DNA of 64,000 nt from Candidatus Nomurabacteria bacterium RIFCSPHIGHO2_02_FULL_42_19 (lineage in GTDB: Bacteria; Patescibacteriota; Minisyncoccia; Phycocordibacterales; UBA9973). The stretch is taken from contig MFUG01000013.1 in the NCBI GenBank assembly GCA_001785615.1, positions 11,006 to 75,005 on the forward strand, read 5' to 3'. This document shows positions 9,709 to 18,993 of this stretch, piece by piece; positions within the stretch are counted from its first letter, which is position 1; the number at the start of each line of letters is the position of its first letter. The notes under the pieces are model-generated. The model did no database searches and was not told the DNA's origin. It saw nothing but the letters and a program-made list of their open reading frames with translations. The position numbers were made by a program, and so were the translations under genes.

Positions 9709-9717
9709 GGGTATATT

Positions 9718-9753
9718 ATAACATATTTTCGCGACCGCGAAGGAACGTTATGT
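9718..9753. repeat. Family-3 palindromic repeat, copy b (ataacatattttcgcgaccgcgaaggaacgttatgt)
   Basis: Shares aacata...tcgcgaccgcga...gttatgt with 9202-9241. Sits ~10 nt upstream of the start of ORF 9235..9708. Confidence 0.7.
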
Positions 9754-9758
9754 GTGAA

Positions 9759-10397
9759 TTACAAATTTTCTTCTTTGCCAATTTCCAAAACTTTAAATTC
9801 AATACTGTGTTTTATTAGAACAACGCTGGGAGTTCTATGCACAATACCTGGTATTTTTATATTCCAATCGTGAACTGGAAAACATACACGAGGGGCAAGT
9901 GAAATGGCATAATCTATGGAATCTTTAATTTTTAGCCACGGCGCCAAGACCGGAAGCGCAAGTATTTCTACTTTTTTCCCAGGGTTAGTAAATGAATCAC
10001 CAGGATAGAATAAATTTTTTCCAATAAAATAACCAGTATTTTGAACTTGACCAAACTCTTCATAAATTTCTGCGTGCTTGTCTCCATGGGCCTCTAGAGA
10101 AACCCCCATGAATTCTTCCGACTGCCCATCCTCAAGCTTTTTATATTTAATCCCAGCTTCGTCCAGTATCTTGCCTACCCCGCTGTTAGTAATGACTACG
10201 GCGTTTTGGTTACTTACTAAAATGTTTTTCAACGAATCAGTATGTAAGTGGTCTCGGTGTTCGTGAGAAATAATTATAATATCAATATTTTTCTCCATTT
10301 CCTGTTCTGAAATAGTATAAGATCCCGGATCAGTCATTACCCTTTTACCGTTTATCTCTATCACCAGGCAACAATGTCCTAGTTTTTTGATCTTCAT
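9759..10397 (-). CDS. MBL-fold metallo-hydrolase
   Basis: HxHxDH motif (SHEHRDHLH) in a 212-aa protein. Confidence 0.7.
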   Translation of the reverse strand: MKIKKLGHCCLVIEINGKRVMTDPGSYTISEQEMEKNIDIIIISHEHRDHLHTDSLKNILVSNQNAVVITNSGVGKILDEAGIKYKKLEDGQSEEFMGVSLEAHGDKHAEIYEEFGQVQNTGYFIGKNLFYPGDSFTNPGKKVEILALPVLAPWLKIKDSIDYAISLAPRVCFPVHDWNIKIPGIVHRTPSVVLIKHSIEFKVLEIGKEENL

Positions 10398-10409
10398 TTC
10401 TACATTTTA

Positions 10410-11009
10410 TCACAGAATTTCTTCCAGGGCCTTTAGTAAGTCCTCAGGGGTGCTGACAACCTTTGCAGGGTTAGCTTTTTGTAAATTTTCTTCTTCATGA
10501 AATCCCCAGGTAACGGCGATGGACTTGATCCCGCATTCCCGTGCTTCGGCAATATCGCCTGTTGTGTCTGTAATAAAAACAGCATTTTCTGATGTAATTT
10601 TATATTTTTCCAAAAGCATTTTGTTTTTCACAACTTTGCTGGTGTGAATATCTCCTCCTAATATATCGGAAAAACATTCGAGGACATTCGCTTGTTTTAA
10701 AATTTTTGTTATGAGTGCTGACGGCGTCGCCGAAACAATGGCAAGTTTGTAATCTTTGTTTAGTTCAAAAATGATGTCTTGTAATGGTTGTGGTACCTTA
10801 AACTCCCGTGACTGTTCTTCGTATCGTTCGAAAAATTTAGGATGTTGTTTTACTTTAGGATTATTTTTTAATGAATTATAAATATTCCCATTAAAAAGAG
10901 AGCGGAACATGTGAAGAGACAAGTTTTCATTGGTCTCTTTGCTAATTTCATAACTCACTATGAATGTATCCACCAAGACCCCATCAAAATCAAAAAGAAT
11001 CAATTTCAT
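10410..11009 (-). CDS. HAD-superfamily hydrolase/phosphatase
   Basis: N-terminal motif I LILFDFDGVLVDT (DxDG). Confidence 0.75.
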   Translation of the reverse strand: MKLILFDFDGVLVDTFIVSYEISKETNENLSLHMFRSLFNGNIYNSLKNNPKVKQHPKFFERYEEQSREFKVPQPLQDIIFELNKDYKLAIVSATPSALITKILKQANVLECFSDILGGDIHTSKVVKNKMLLEKYKITSENAVFITDTTGDIAEARECGIKSIAVTWGFHEEENLQKANPAKVVSTPEDLLKALEEIL

Positions 11010-14000
11010 ACTTTATCAATCTTTACTTTGAAAACCAACTCCCCTATTTTCACCTCTTCGCTATTAGTGTCTTTAAATTCTATTTTGGATGCCAGTGCAA
11101 TTTTTTTAATATCTTGCTCAAATTTTTGGATTAAACTCTTTCCCGCGTCGTCGGTTTCAACAGAAAGGGTGATCATGTCGCTCGGCGTCAGCCCCATTTT
11201 CTTCCGCATATCTTGAACAGCGCGCAAAAGCTCGCGATAACTTCCCTCTTGCTTTAATTCATGAGTTAACTCAGTAATTAATTTAAATTCCTTTCCGGCT
11301 GAAACTTCTTTGACGTTCAATTCATCTTTTATTAGCTCAATATACTCTGTGGTTAAACTTAAATTCGCCAACTCTAACTTAGCAAGCGGCTGACGAACTT
11401 GGATTTTCGCTTTCTGCCTGGCTTCTAACCCTAAAGAAACTATTTTTCTAACCTCTGCCATGTTTTCTAAAACTTTTGGCCGAAGGTCCCGAGCAGAAAC
11501 GAGGGGCCACTCGGCCAAATGCACACTGCCTACATCCTTATCTGTTTTTAGTCGGCGCCAAATATCTTCTGCCGCAAACGGAGTAAACGGGGCCATAATT
11601 TTCGCTAGAGTTTTCAAAATAAAATACAAAGTTGCTTTCGCGTCCCCGTCTCCCTCTTTAATCCGCTCGCGGGAGCGGCGAAGGTACCAAGTAGAAAGGT
11701 CCCCTATAAAATCCTTTATCGCGCGGGTCGGTTCAAGCAATTTATAATTGTCTAAGCTGTCAGTAGTGAGTTTTACCAGCTCATTTAGTCGAGCTATGAT
11801 CCATTGATCAAGGACATTGGTAGGCTTTAGGCGGTAGGCACTAGGCTCTAGCGAAACATTCCGATATAGTTCATAGAAAGCCAACACATTGTAGAGCAGG
11901 CCGAAAACCTGCTGATGAAGAAGAGCCACCGTTTTTTCATCAAAATTTTTGGACTCACCCGGCTGATTGACCGAATACATCCATAAGCGCAGTGTATCCA
12001 CACCGTATTTATCTATCATTTCCCACGGGTTCACAATATTTCCCAGGGATTTGGACATTTTTTTACCATTGGCATCGAGTAAATGCCCGAGGCAAATCAC
12101 ATTTTTATACGCTTTTCCCCGGCCCATCAGCACCCCCACTGCGTGCAGGGTATAAAACCATCCACGGGTCTGGTCAATAGCTTCCGAAATAAAATCCGCC
12201 GGGTAGCCCTTGCCGTCTACCCATTTTTTGTTTTCAAAGGGATAATGATCTTGAGCGAAAGGCATGCAGCCGGAATCCAGCCACACATCCATTACCTCTT
12301 TAGTTCTTACCGCACTGCCGCCACAGTCGCACACCAGATGAACCCCATCAATATACGGACGATGCAAGTCAAGTTCATAATTTTCATTGTGCGGCAATGG
12401 GATAAAATCTAATTTTTTCATTTCTCCCGTATGAAGCATTTCTTTTTCTTTAAAATTATTATCTGAAGATCCAGCGGATATTTTTTGTAAAACCCATAAA
12501 GGGTTGCCGTGAGAAACTATAAGAATATTTTTCCCTTGATATTTATTATCAATCTCATATATAAATTCCGCCATTCTTCTCCTAACAATATCCTCACTGC
12601 CTTCGTTTGATTCATGAAGCCGATCATCAACTAAAACAGCGTCGGGAGCAAGGCCTAGTTCATTTTTTACTACCTCTGCGGTCTCTTTGGTTCTTAAAAA
12701 TGGCGAGGAAAATATCGGGTTTATATCTTTTAATTTCTTAGATGTAGATATTGCTTCCTTTTTACCTTTTTCAGTCAAGTGATTGTCCGGATCACCCTTT
12801 GGGTCCAACAAGTGTTTGGCGTTATTAATTGCTTCTCCATGCCGCATAATAAAATATTTATTGCCGGATTTTTTAGTTTTACTTTGGAGATCTTCCAAGC
12901 CCCCGACGACATGCCTCTTCTCACATTTTTCGCAAGTCCAGACGGGCAGAGGCGTGCCCCAGTATCGCTCGCGGGATATTGCCCAGTCCTTGATCTCCCG
13001 TAGCCATTCGCCGAAACGTCCCTCGCGGGTATGCGCCGGCTCCCAGTTTATATTTTTATTTTCATTAATTAGTTGTTTCTTAATTTTTGGATCCGACATT
13101 TTGATATACCAAGAGTCCCGCGCATAGTATATGAGCGCTGTCTTACAGCGCCAGCAGTGCGGATATGAGTGTTGATAGTTTTCTTTATCGAAAAATAAAT
13201 TTTTATCTGTTAAATATTTAATAATGTCCACATCCAAAGTTGGCTTTCCACTGTCGTCTTTTTCTCTCACAAATCTTCCTCCCAAGAACCCTGTGCCTTC
13301 TATAAACTTACCTTCGGGGTCTACCAGATGGTGTTTCGGTAGTCCTACTTTCGTACCAAGCTCAAAATCGTCTTGCCCATACATCACCGCGGTGTGCACG
13401 ATACCCGTACCGTCTTCAGTATTTACAAAGTCCGCCGCGTAAACCCGAAAGGCCTTATCTGTTGACTCCCCTTTTTTCTCTAGTTGTTCTTTTAAGTATG
13501 GGAAAAGTGGTTCGTACTCTAGCCCAACCAAATCTTTGCCTTTCATTTCGGTTATAACTTCAGGATTTTCACCAAAAACAGGAAGTCGCGCCTTTGCTAG
13601 AATATATATTTCGTCCCCGCTTTTGACTTTCACATAATCAACCTTCTCCCCCACCGCAAGCGCGACATTCCCTGGCAAAGTCCAAGAGGTGGTCGTCCAG
13701 GCCAAGAAATACATATTGGCCGAGTCTGTATGCTTTTGTGAAGGAGTGGCTGAGCGTAGTGAGGAACCGAGCGACTGAGGAAAAGCATCAGGCGAGGCCA
13801 GCTTGAACTTTACATAAACCGAAAGATCTTTCACTTCTTCATACCCCTGTGCGAGCTCGTGTGAAGAAAGCGCGGTGCCGCATCTCGGGCACCAAGGTAC
13901 CACCTTGTAATCCTTGTAAAGAAGTTTCTGATCATCTACTTTTTTTACAACATTCCAAACCGATTCAATATAATCATTGTGATATGTGGCATACGCATTT

Positions 14001-14437
14001 TCTTGATCTACCCAATATCCGACACGTTCGGTAAATTTATTCCAGGCCTCAAGATATTCCCAGACGCTCTCCCTGCATTCCTGATTAAATTTAGCTACAC
14101 CGTATTCCTCAATCGCTTTTTTTGAATTAAGACCTAATTTCTTTTCTACCTGGATTTCTACTGGAAGTCCATGCGTGTCCCAACCGCCCTTGCGGCGTAC
14201 ATGGTACCCCTGCATCGTTTTGTAGCGAGGAATCGCATCTTTGAAGACACGCGCTTCCAAGTGGTGAAGCGCTGGTTTAGCATTGGCCGTCGGCGGACCT
14301 TCGTAAAAGATAAATTCTTTTTTACCTTCGGATTCTTTTAATGTCTTTTCAAAAATTTTATTCTCGCGCCAAAATTCCAAGATGCGCTCTTCCCGAAGAG
14401 CCGCATCTGATTTTTTATTCTTTTCGGTTTCAGCCAT
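11006..14437 (-). CDS. ileS: Isoleucyl-tRNA synthetase (type 2, archaeal/eukaryote-like) with an inserted histidine-phosphatase (PGAM-like) domain
   Basis: Editing-domain motif WTTTSWTLPGN, KMSKS (KKMSKSLGN), LHRPYID...DVWLDSG. A ~125-aa insert at aa ~527-650 reads KYFIMRHGEAINN...LTEKGKKEA...SSPFLRTKETA...ILIVSHGNPL, i.e. the RHGE...SHG pattern of the histidine phosphatase superfamily. HIGH motif is non-canonical (PALHHLEA). Confidence 0.85.
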   Translation of the reverse strand: MAETEKNKKSDAALREERILEFWRENKIFEKTLKESEGKKEFIFYEGPPTANAKPALHHLEARVFKDAIPRYKTMQGYHVRRKGGWDTHGLPVEIQVEKKLGLNSKKAIEEYGVAKFNQECRESVWEYLEAWNKFTERVGYWVDQENAYATYHNDYIESVWNVVKKVDDQKLLYKDYKVVPWCPRCGTALSSHELAQGYEEVKDLSVYVKFKLASPDAFPQSLGSSLRSATPSQKHTDSANMYFLAWTTTSWTLPGNVALAVGEKVDYVKVKSGDEIYILAKARLPVFGENPEVITEMKGKDLVGLEYEPLFPYLKEQLEKKGESTDKAFRVYAADFVNTEDGTGIVHTAVMYGQDDFELGTKVGLPKHHLVDPEGKFIEGTGFLGGRFVREKDDSGKPTLDVDIIKYLTDKNLFFDKENYQHSYPHCWRCKTALIYYARDSWYIKMSDPKIKKQLINENKNINWEPAHTREGRFGEWLREIKDWAISRERYWGTPLPVWTCEKCEKRHVVGGLEDLQSKTKKSGNKYFIMRHGEAINNAKHLLDPKGDPDNHLTEKGKKEAISTSKKLKDINPIFSSPFLRTKETAEVVKNELGLAPDAVLVDDRLHESNEGSEDIVRRRMAEFIYEIDNKYQGKNILIVSHGNPLWVLQKISAGSSDNNFKEKEMLHTGEMKKLDFIPLPHNENYELDLHRPYIDGVHLVCDCGGSAVRTKEVMDVWLDSGCMPFAQDHYPFENKKWVDGKGYPADFISEAIDQTRGWFYTLHAVGVLMGRGKAYKNVICLGHLLDANGKKMSKSLGNIVNPWEMIDKYGVDTLRLWMYSVNQPGESKNFDEKTVALLHQQVFGLLYNVLAFYELYRNVSLEPSAYRLKPTNVLDQWIIARLNELVKLTTDSLDNYKLLEPTRAIKDFIGDLSTWYLRRSRERIKEGDGDAKATLYFILKTLAKIMAPFTPFAAEDIWRRLKTDKDVGSVHLAEWPLVSARDLRPKVLENMAEVRKIVSLGLEARQKAKIQVRQPLAKLELANLSLTTEYIELIKDELNVKEVSAGKEFKLITELTHELKQEGSYRELLRAVQDMRKKMGLTPSDMITLSVETDDAGKSLIQKFEQDIKKIALASKIEFKDTNSEEVKIGELVFKVKIDKV

Positions 14438-14491
14438 TATTGGCTGATTTTAGCACAAAATTTATGGTTTTACACCTTGCTAGATAAAATT

Positions 14492-14524
14492 AAAAACACA
14501 CCGTACTTACAGAGTAAGACGGTG
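14492..14524 (-). terminator. Rho-independent terminator for the GC-rich ORF
   Basis: On the minus strand: caccgtcttactctgtaagtacggtg followed by tgttttt, ~60 nt downstream of the stop of ORF 14585..15001. Confidence 0.6.
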
Positions 14525-14584
14525 CATTGATTCGTGAGCCCCCGCGCCGCTAGATATTGCACGGGGACTCCTGCGACCTGCCAA

Positions 14585-15001
14585 CTACGAGGCCACGGTT
14601 TCTTTCCGTGCCGGCAGGTATTGACCGATCACGAAGTCAACGCGGCTCATCAGCCGTGCCCTGTTCTCCTCGTAGGCCTTGAGGGAAGCCGCGATTTCCT
14701 CTCCGACCATCTGGGTCTCAAGTTCAGCCCAGATTCGGCCATACTCCTCGAGCGCGCCGACGAAACTCGCCACCACCAGCTCAATGCCGTCCTCTTTCAG
14801 TTCCGACAAACCCCATATTAAGAAGTATCGGCTGTTTGGGGAAAGACGACTGGAGATGAGCTTCTCGACAAGGTGTTCGTGGATAGCTCTGCGGGCATGA
14901 CTTTTATACAAAGAGCCGCCACCCCGGTACGCAAGCTCGATGATGTGGGCGTCTTCGTAATAGTGACGCACATTGATGTACGCCCCTGAAGAGGTAGGCA
15001 C
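14585..15001 (-). CDS. Hypothetical protein in a compositionally anomalous (GC-rich) island. Possibly a gene remnant
   Basis: Only a GTG start is available and there is no in-frame ATG. Local GC is clearly higher than flanks, with long ORFs in several frames. No recognisable motif. Confidence 0.3.
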   Translation of the reverse strand: MPTSSGAYINVRHYYEDAHIIELAYRGGGSLYKSHARRAIHEHLVEKLISSRLSPNSRYFLIWGLSELKEDGIELVVASFVGALEEYGRIWAELETQMVGEEIAASLKAYEENRARLMSRVDFVIGQYLPARKETVAS

Positions 15002-15079
15002 GGTCTGGCCTGTGTACCTGCCATCCTTGATGACCCACGTAAACGGGAGACCGCGGTCTTCAAAACATCTTTGTCAAAA

Positions 15080-16795
15080 CTACATTTTAGTTGGCGCTTC
15101 GATGCCGAGGAGGTGCAGGCCTTTTTTCATTACGAAAGTAAAAGCGTAAGTGAGCGCCACTTTATAGGAAGAGGTCTTATCTTTTTTATCCACGATAACC
15201 GTATTGCCATAAAAGCTGTTGAAGGCGCGAGCGACTTCTATTAAATAGTTTGCAATGTAATGCGGCTCGTATTCGGAAGCAGAGCGAGACACAACTTCCG
15301 GAAATTTATATAATAATTTTTCTACCTCCGTTATTTCAGCAGGCAGAACTTCAAAATCCGGCAAAATATTTTCACTTTTCGCTTTCTCTAGCACTGAATT
15401 TGCTCGAGCATAAGAATATTGTAAGTACGGTCCGGAATCACCTTCAAAAGAAATTGATTTATCAAAATCATAAATGATGTTTCCGCCAGTGGATTGCTTG
15501 AGTATTGAATATTTGATAGCGGCTACGGCAACGCTAGAAATAATTTTCTCTTCCGCATCTTGGTCGAAGCTTCTGTCCTTCATTTTTTCTGCTACAAGCA
15601 TTTTTGTGTCTTGAATAAGGGTCTCTCCCGTTATCACATTCCCTTTGCGCGAGCTCATCTTTTCTCCCGCGAAGCGCATCATCCCGTGCGTAATGTGGAG
15701 CATTTTATTTTGAAATTCGGGATGAATGATGGAAAGCGCGCTCTCCACCACCCGCATATAGTCCGCTTGCTCCTGCGCGGTGATAACTATAGAGAGATCC
15801 ATGCCCGGCGCTGTTTTAAATTTCTCCATCGTGAGCCCAAGTTCCTTGGCCTCATAGGTAGGGAGCCCTTGCGAGGTTATGAAAACGCGGGTGTGAAGCT
15901 TTGGATCGCGCTTTTCGGCTTTGAATACGATAGCGCCATTCGACTTTTCGAAAACTTTTCCTACATTTTCCTTCACAATGCTTCTCCCCGATGGCGCCAC
16001 TACGCTCTCTAGAAAATAAAAATCAAACTGAGTGCCCAGCATGTCATATATATCTTCGAAGGTCTTCATAGTTACTTCGAAACCCCAGTCATATATCTCA
16101 TTTATTTTTTTATCGCTTCGCTCGTAAATTTTCTTATTTATTTCATCTATTTTTGTTTTTGCATTCTTTTCATACGCTTCCGCGCCTAGAGCGTAGGCCA
16201 CTCCGATATTGGCGGACTGCTCCGCGGTAGAACCGGACTTGCCTTGTAATTTTTCATCTTGTAAAAGGCCCCAGATCGCTTTAGCCACATGTAGCCCGAC
16301 GTCACCCTGGTAGTTGGCCCTAGAAACAGTGGCATCGGAGTGCTCAAGAATGCGCGCGATAGATTCTCCGATGGCATTCGTCATCAAATGCCCGATGTGG
16401 AAGGGCTTGAAAGGGTTCGGATCCGTGTATTCAACCATTACGCGCTTACCTGCAAACATATTATTTCCGCCCAAGGCGGATCCGCCTCCGGTGGATAAAA
16501 TTTTCTCGATACTTTCGCTAAAAAATTTATGTGGCAAATAGAAATTTATGAAACCATTTCCAGCAGCTTCTACTTTTGAAATTTCTTCCGGTAAATTCTT
16601 ATTTATTTCATCTCTGATTTGTACAGCTAGATTTTTCGGGTTCGTTTTTAATTTTTTAGCCAAAACCATCGCCACGTTAGTGGAATAGTCGCCATTCTTC
16701 AAGTCCTCCGGATGCTCCAGGATAAAATCGGACTTCTTTATTTTAAGTCGATCCAGTGCTTCGTTAATTAAATTTTTTATTTTTTCTTGAATCAT
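15080..16795 (-). CDS. argS: Arginyl-tRNA synthetase
   Basis: Class I HIGH motif (PFHIGHLMT). ArgRS N-terminal add-on domain and C-terminal anticodon-binding (DALR-type) region. 571 aa. Confidence 0.9.
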   Translation of the reverse strand: MIQEKIKNLINEALDRLKIKKSDFILEHPEDLKNGDYSTNVAMVLAKKLKTNPKNLAVQIRDEINKNLPEEISKVEAAGNGFINFYLPHKFFSESIEKILSTGGGSALGGNNMFAGKRVMVEYTDPNPFKPFHIGHLMTNAIGESIARILEHSDATVSRANYQGDVGLHVAKAIWGLLQDEKLQGKSGSTAEQSANIGVAYALGAEAYEKNAKTKIDEINKKIYERSDKKINEIYDWGFEVTMKTFEDIYDMLGTQFDFYFLESVVAPSGRSIVKENVGKVFEKSNGAIVFKAEKRDPKLHTRVFITSQGLPTYEAKELGLTMEKFKTAPGMDLSIVITAQEQADYMRVVESALSIIHPEFQNKMLHITHGMMRFAGEKMSSRKGNVITGETLIQDTKMLVAEKMKDRSFDQDAEEKIISSVAVAAIKYSILKQSTGGNIIYDFDKSISFEGDSGPYLQYSYARANSVLEKAKSENILPDFEVLPAEITEVEKLLYKFPEVVSRSASEYEPHYIANYLIEVARAFNSFYGNTVIVDKKDKTSSYKVALTYAFTFVMKKGLHLLGIEAPTKM

Positions 16796-17221
16796 CTATT
16801 TATGCCCAGTGCTTCCCTCACGCCCGACTCCGCGTACCGTCTCCGAGAGTTCCTGTATCTCTACAATATCACAATGTTCAAACTTTTGAACCAACATTTG
16901 GGCTACTTTATGCCCCTTCTCAAGCAGAATATCTTTACCGGAAGTGTTCAAAAAATTCATAATGATTTCGCCCCTATAGCTGGAATCTACAACGCCACCC
17001 ATAACTTTTAAACCAAGATTAAAGGAAATGCTTGATTTATCCCAGATCAGGCCCACGTGACCTTCCGGAATTTCTACGGCAATCCCTGTATGCACCTCAT
17101 TTTGTTTGCCGGCCGGGAAAATAACATCTTCTACCGTATAAAAATCCATTCCTGCGTCCCCGGGATGCCCATGCGTCGGCACCTTTGCATTCTTATGTAA
17201 TTTTTTAACTTTGATTTTCAT
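16796..17221 (-). CDS. dut: dUTP diphosphatase
   Basis: 141 aa with trimeric dUTPase motifs (GDAGMDF, VDSSYRGEI, RGVGREGSTG). Confidence 0.9.
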   Translation of the reverse strand: MKIKVKKLHKNAKVPTHGHPGDAGMDFYTVEDVIFPAGKQNEVHTGIAVEIPEGHVGLIWDKSSISFNLGLKVMGGVVDSSYRGEIIMNFLNTSGKDILLEKGHKVAQMLVQKFEHCDIVEIQELSETVRGVGREGSTGHK

Positions 17222-17347
17222 TATTACTCTTTTATGCGCTCGTGAATTCCCTTTAAAAAATCATCGGGTTTTTCTTTCAATTCTTTTTTTAATTCTTCTT
17301 CTGAAAACCATTTAACTTCGGCTACTTCTTCTTTTCTAACTTTAAAT

Positions 17348-17704
17348 TCAGATATTTTTTTTATCTAAAACAATACTAAACTGCTGTACGAAATAATTAT
17401 AATTTGTTCTTTTTCTTAATCTAGCCCCTGAAACTAGTTGTATGTTTGTAAGTCCCAGTTCTTCCTCCGCCTCTTTTATTATGTTCGATTCGTAAGTTTC
17501 ACCCTCTTCTACAGTTCCCGCTACTGCTGGCCCCCATTTCCCCGGATCATGACTTTTACTAAAAGCCCGCCGTGCAAGTAAAATTTCACCTTTACTATTT
17601 CTAATCCATAAAGATGAAACACGATAAATGGCATTGGCGTCTTGGTCGTTTCTCTCTCTATATTCTATAACATCGTCGTTCTTATCCACTATCGGAATTT
17701 TCAT
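17348..17704 (-). CDS. NUDIX hydrolase
   Basis: Nudix box GTVEEGETYESNIIKEAEEELGL. Confidence 0.8.
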   Translation of the reverse strand: MKIPIVDKNDDVIEYRERNDQDANAIYRVSSLWIRNSKGEILLARRAFSKSHDPGKWGPAVAGTVEEGETYESNIIKEAEEELGLTNIQLVSGARLRKRTNYNYFVQQFSIVLDKKNI

Positions 17705-17746
17705 ATTATTATCTAATTATATATCTTTCCCCCACAAAAACCAACC

Positions 17747-17780
17747 TAGCATTTGCTTACGACCGTTAGTAAATGCTAAA
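17747..17780. repeat. Family-2 palindromic repeat, copy a (tagcatttgcttacgaccgttagtaaatgctaaa)
   Basis: Stem tagcattt/aaatgcta around a cgaccg core. 8 nt upstream of the start of ORF 17789..18352. Near-identical to 18355-18388 and related to 60557-60590. Confidence 0.85.
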
Positions 17781-17788
17781 ATGGTTCA

Positions 17789-18352
17789 ATGAGTCAAAAT
17801 ATTAAACGGCTAGGGACTACGCAACGAAAGATTCTTCTGCTTCTTCTGGCAGGGCTCGCGTTGGGTTTAACCAGATCGCCGAAAAAGCATTGGTGGATTT
17901 TAAAACAGATACCGAAAGAATGGAAAAAGATAAACCGACAAGCCCTGGAGAGGGCGATTAATTCTCTTTATGTTTCTCATCTAGTGCAGAAGGAACAACA
18001 CAGAGATGGCACAACCACTTTTGTCTTGAGTGAAAATGGTAAACGAAGGGCCTTGCGATTTAATATCGATAAGATGGAAATCAAAAGGCCGGGTAAGTGG
18101 GATAATAAATGGCGAGTGGTGATGTTTGATATTCCAGAAAAATTAAGGAGGTTGCGAGATTCTTTACGTTTACATTTCCGTGAAATAGGTTTAATTGAAC
18201 TCCAAAAATCAGTTTTTGTATATCCTTATCCATGCAGTAAGGAAATCGAGTTTATCTTGGAATTCTACAATACAAGAAGGCATGTGCGTTTTCTCTTGGT
18301 CGAAAAGATAGATAATCAGCTTCATTTAATGAAAAAATTTAATCTGTGTTAG
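17789..18352 (+). CDS. PaaX-like small protein (wHTH + Cas2/VapD-like motif), paralog (subfamily A)
   Basis: C-terminal motif WRVVMFDIPEKLRRLRDSLRLHFREIGLIELQKSVFVYPY. Aligns with 4368..4970 (RP-KWD-KWR...FD...Q-SV...PY-C). Confidence 0.5.
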   Translation: MSQNIKRLGTTQRKILLLLLAGLALGLTRSPKKHWWILKQIPKEWKKINRQALERAINSLYVSHLVQKEQHRDGTTTFVLSENGKRRALRFNIDKMEIKRPGKWDNKWRVVMFDIPEKLRRLRDSLRLHFREIGLIELQKSVFVYPYPCSKEIEFILEFYNTRRHVRFLLVEKIDNQLHLMKKFNLC

Positions 18353-18354
18353 TT

Positions 18355-18388
18355 TAGCATTTGCTTACGACCGTTTGTTAATGCTAAA
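18355..18388. repeat. Family-2 palindromic repeat, copy b (tagcatttgcttacgaccgtttgttaatgctaaa)
   Basis: 32/34 identical to 17747-17780. Begins 2 nt after the stop of ORF 17789..18352. Confidence 0.85.
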
Positions 18389-18396
18389 TAAGTTAT

Positions 18397-18993
18397 TTAT
18401 TTAGGTTTAATTTTAAAGTGTTTGATGATTATGGTGGCGACCTTTTTGGGGGAAAAATGGGTATTGTCTATTATGAGATTATTTTTCACTGGAGCAGCTA
18501 ATTTCCATTCGCTATCACTTAAATATTCTTTTAGGATTTTTTTATTCCTTAATTTTCCAAAATTTTTCCTTGATTCGTCTGATACTCTTTTAAAAATTTC
18601 TTTGGGGTCGGCCATTAAATGCACAAAACAAGCTCTTCCTCCACTTTTTTCAATAATTGATTCAATTTTTTTCATATACATTGGGTCAGTTAAACTTGTT
18701 TTAGATACATAACTGGATGAATAAGTGTGGGTCGTTACAACATTTATTTTCGCTTCCGCTATTTCTTTAAATACAAAAAATCTAATGTTCTCGGTCACTC
18801 TGTGCAAATGTATATTACCCCTCTCAAAAAGTTGCCGGGCTAAATCATGGGTGTGGTGGTTATGAAAAAATTTGTAATTAATTAGTTTACGAAGTTTTTT
18901 GGCAACGGTATACTTACCCACCGCTACTGGACCGTAGATAACTACCATAGTAAATAAAGGGTTTTTATTTGAGAATTTTTTTAATTTTCTCAT
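18397..18993 (-). CDS. P-loop NTPase / small-molecule kinase-like (AAA_33 / zeta-toxin-like fold)
   Basis: Walker A YGPVAVGKYT near the N-terminus. ~200 aa. No further specific motif. Confidence 0.4.
   Translation of the reverse strand: MRKLKKFSNKNPLFTMVVIYGPVAVGKYTVAKKLRKLINYKFFHNHHTHDLARQLFERGNIHLHRVTENIRFFVFKEIAEAKINVVTTHTYSSSYVSKTSLTDPMYMKKIESIIEKSGGRACFVHLMADPKEIFKRVSDESRKNFGKLRNKKILKEYLSDSEWKLAAPVKNNLIIDNTHFSPKKVATIIIKHFKIKPK

Noticed and set aside
14438-14584. Possible T-box riboswitch leader upstream of ileS
   Set aside because: A hairpin + U-run is present on the minus strand, but it is best explained as the terminator of the GC-rich ORF. No convincing AGGGTGGNACCGCG T-box sequence was found.
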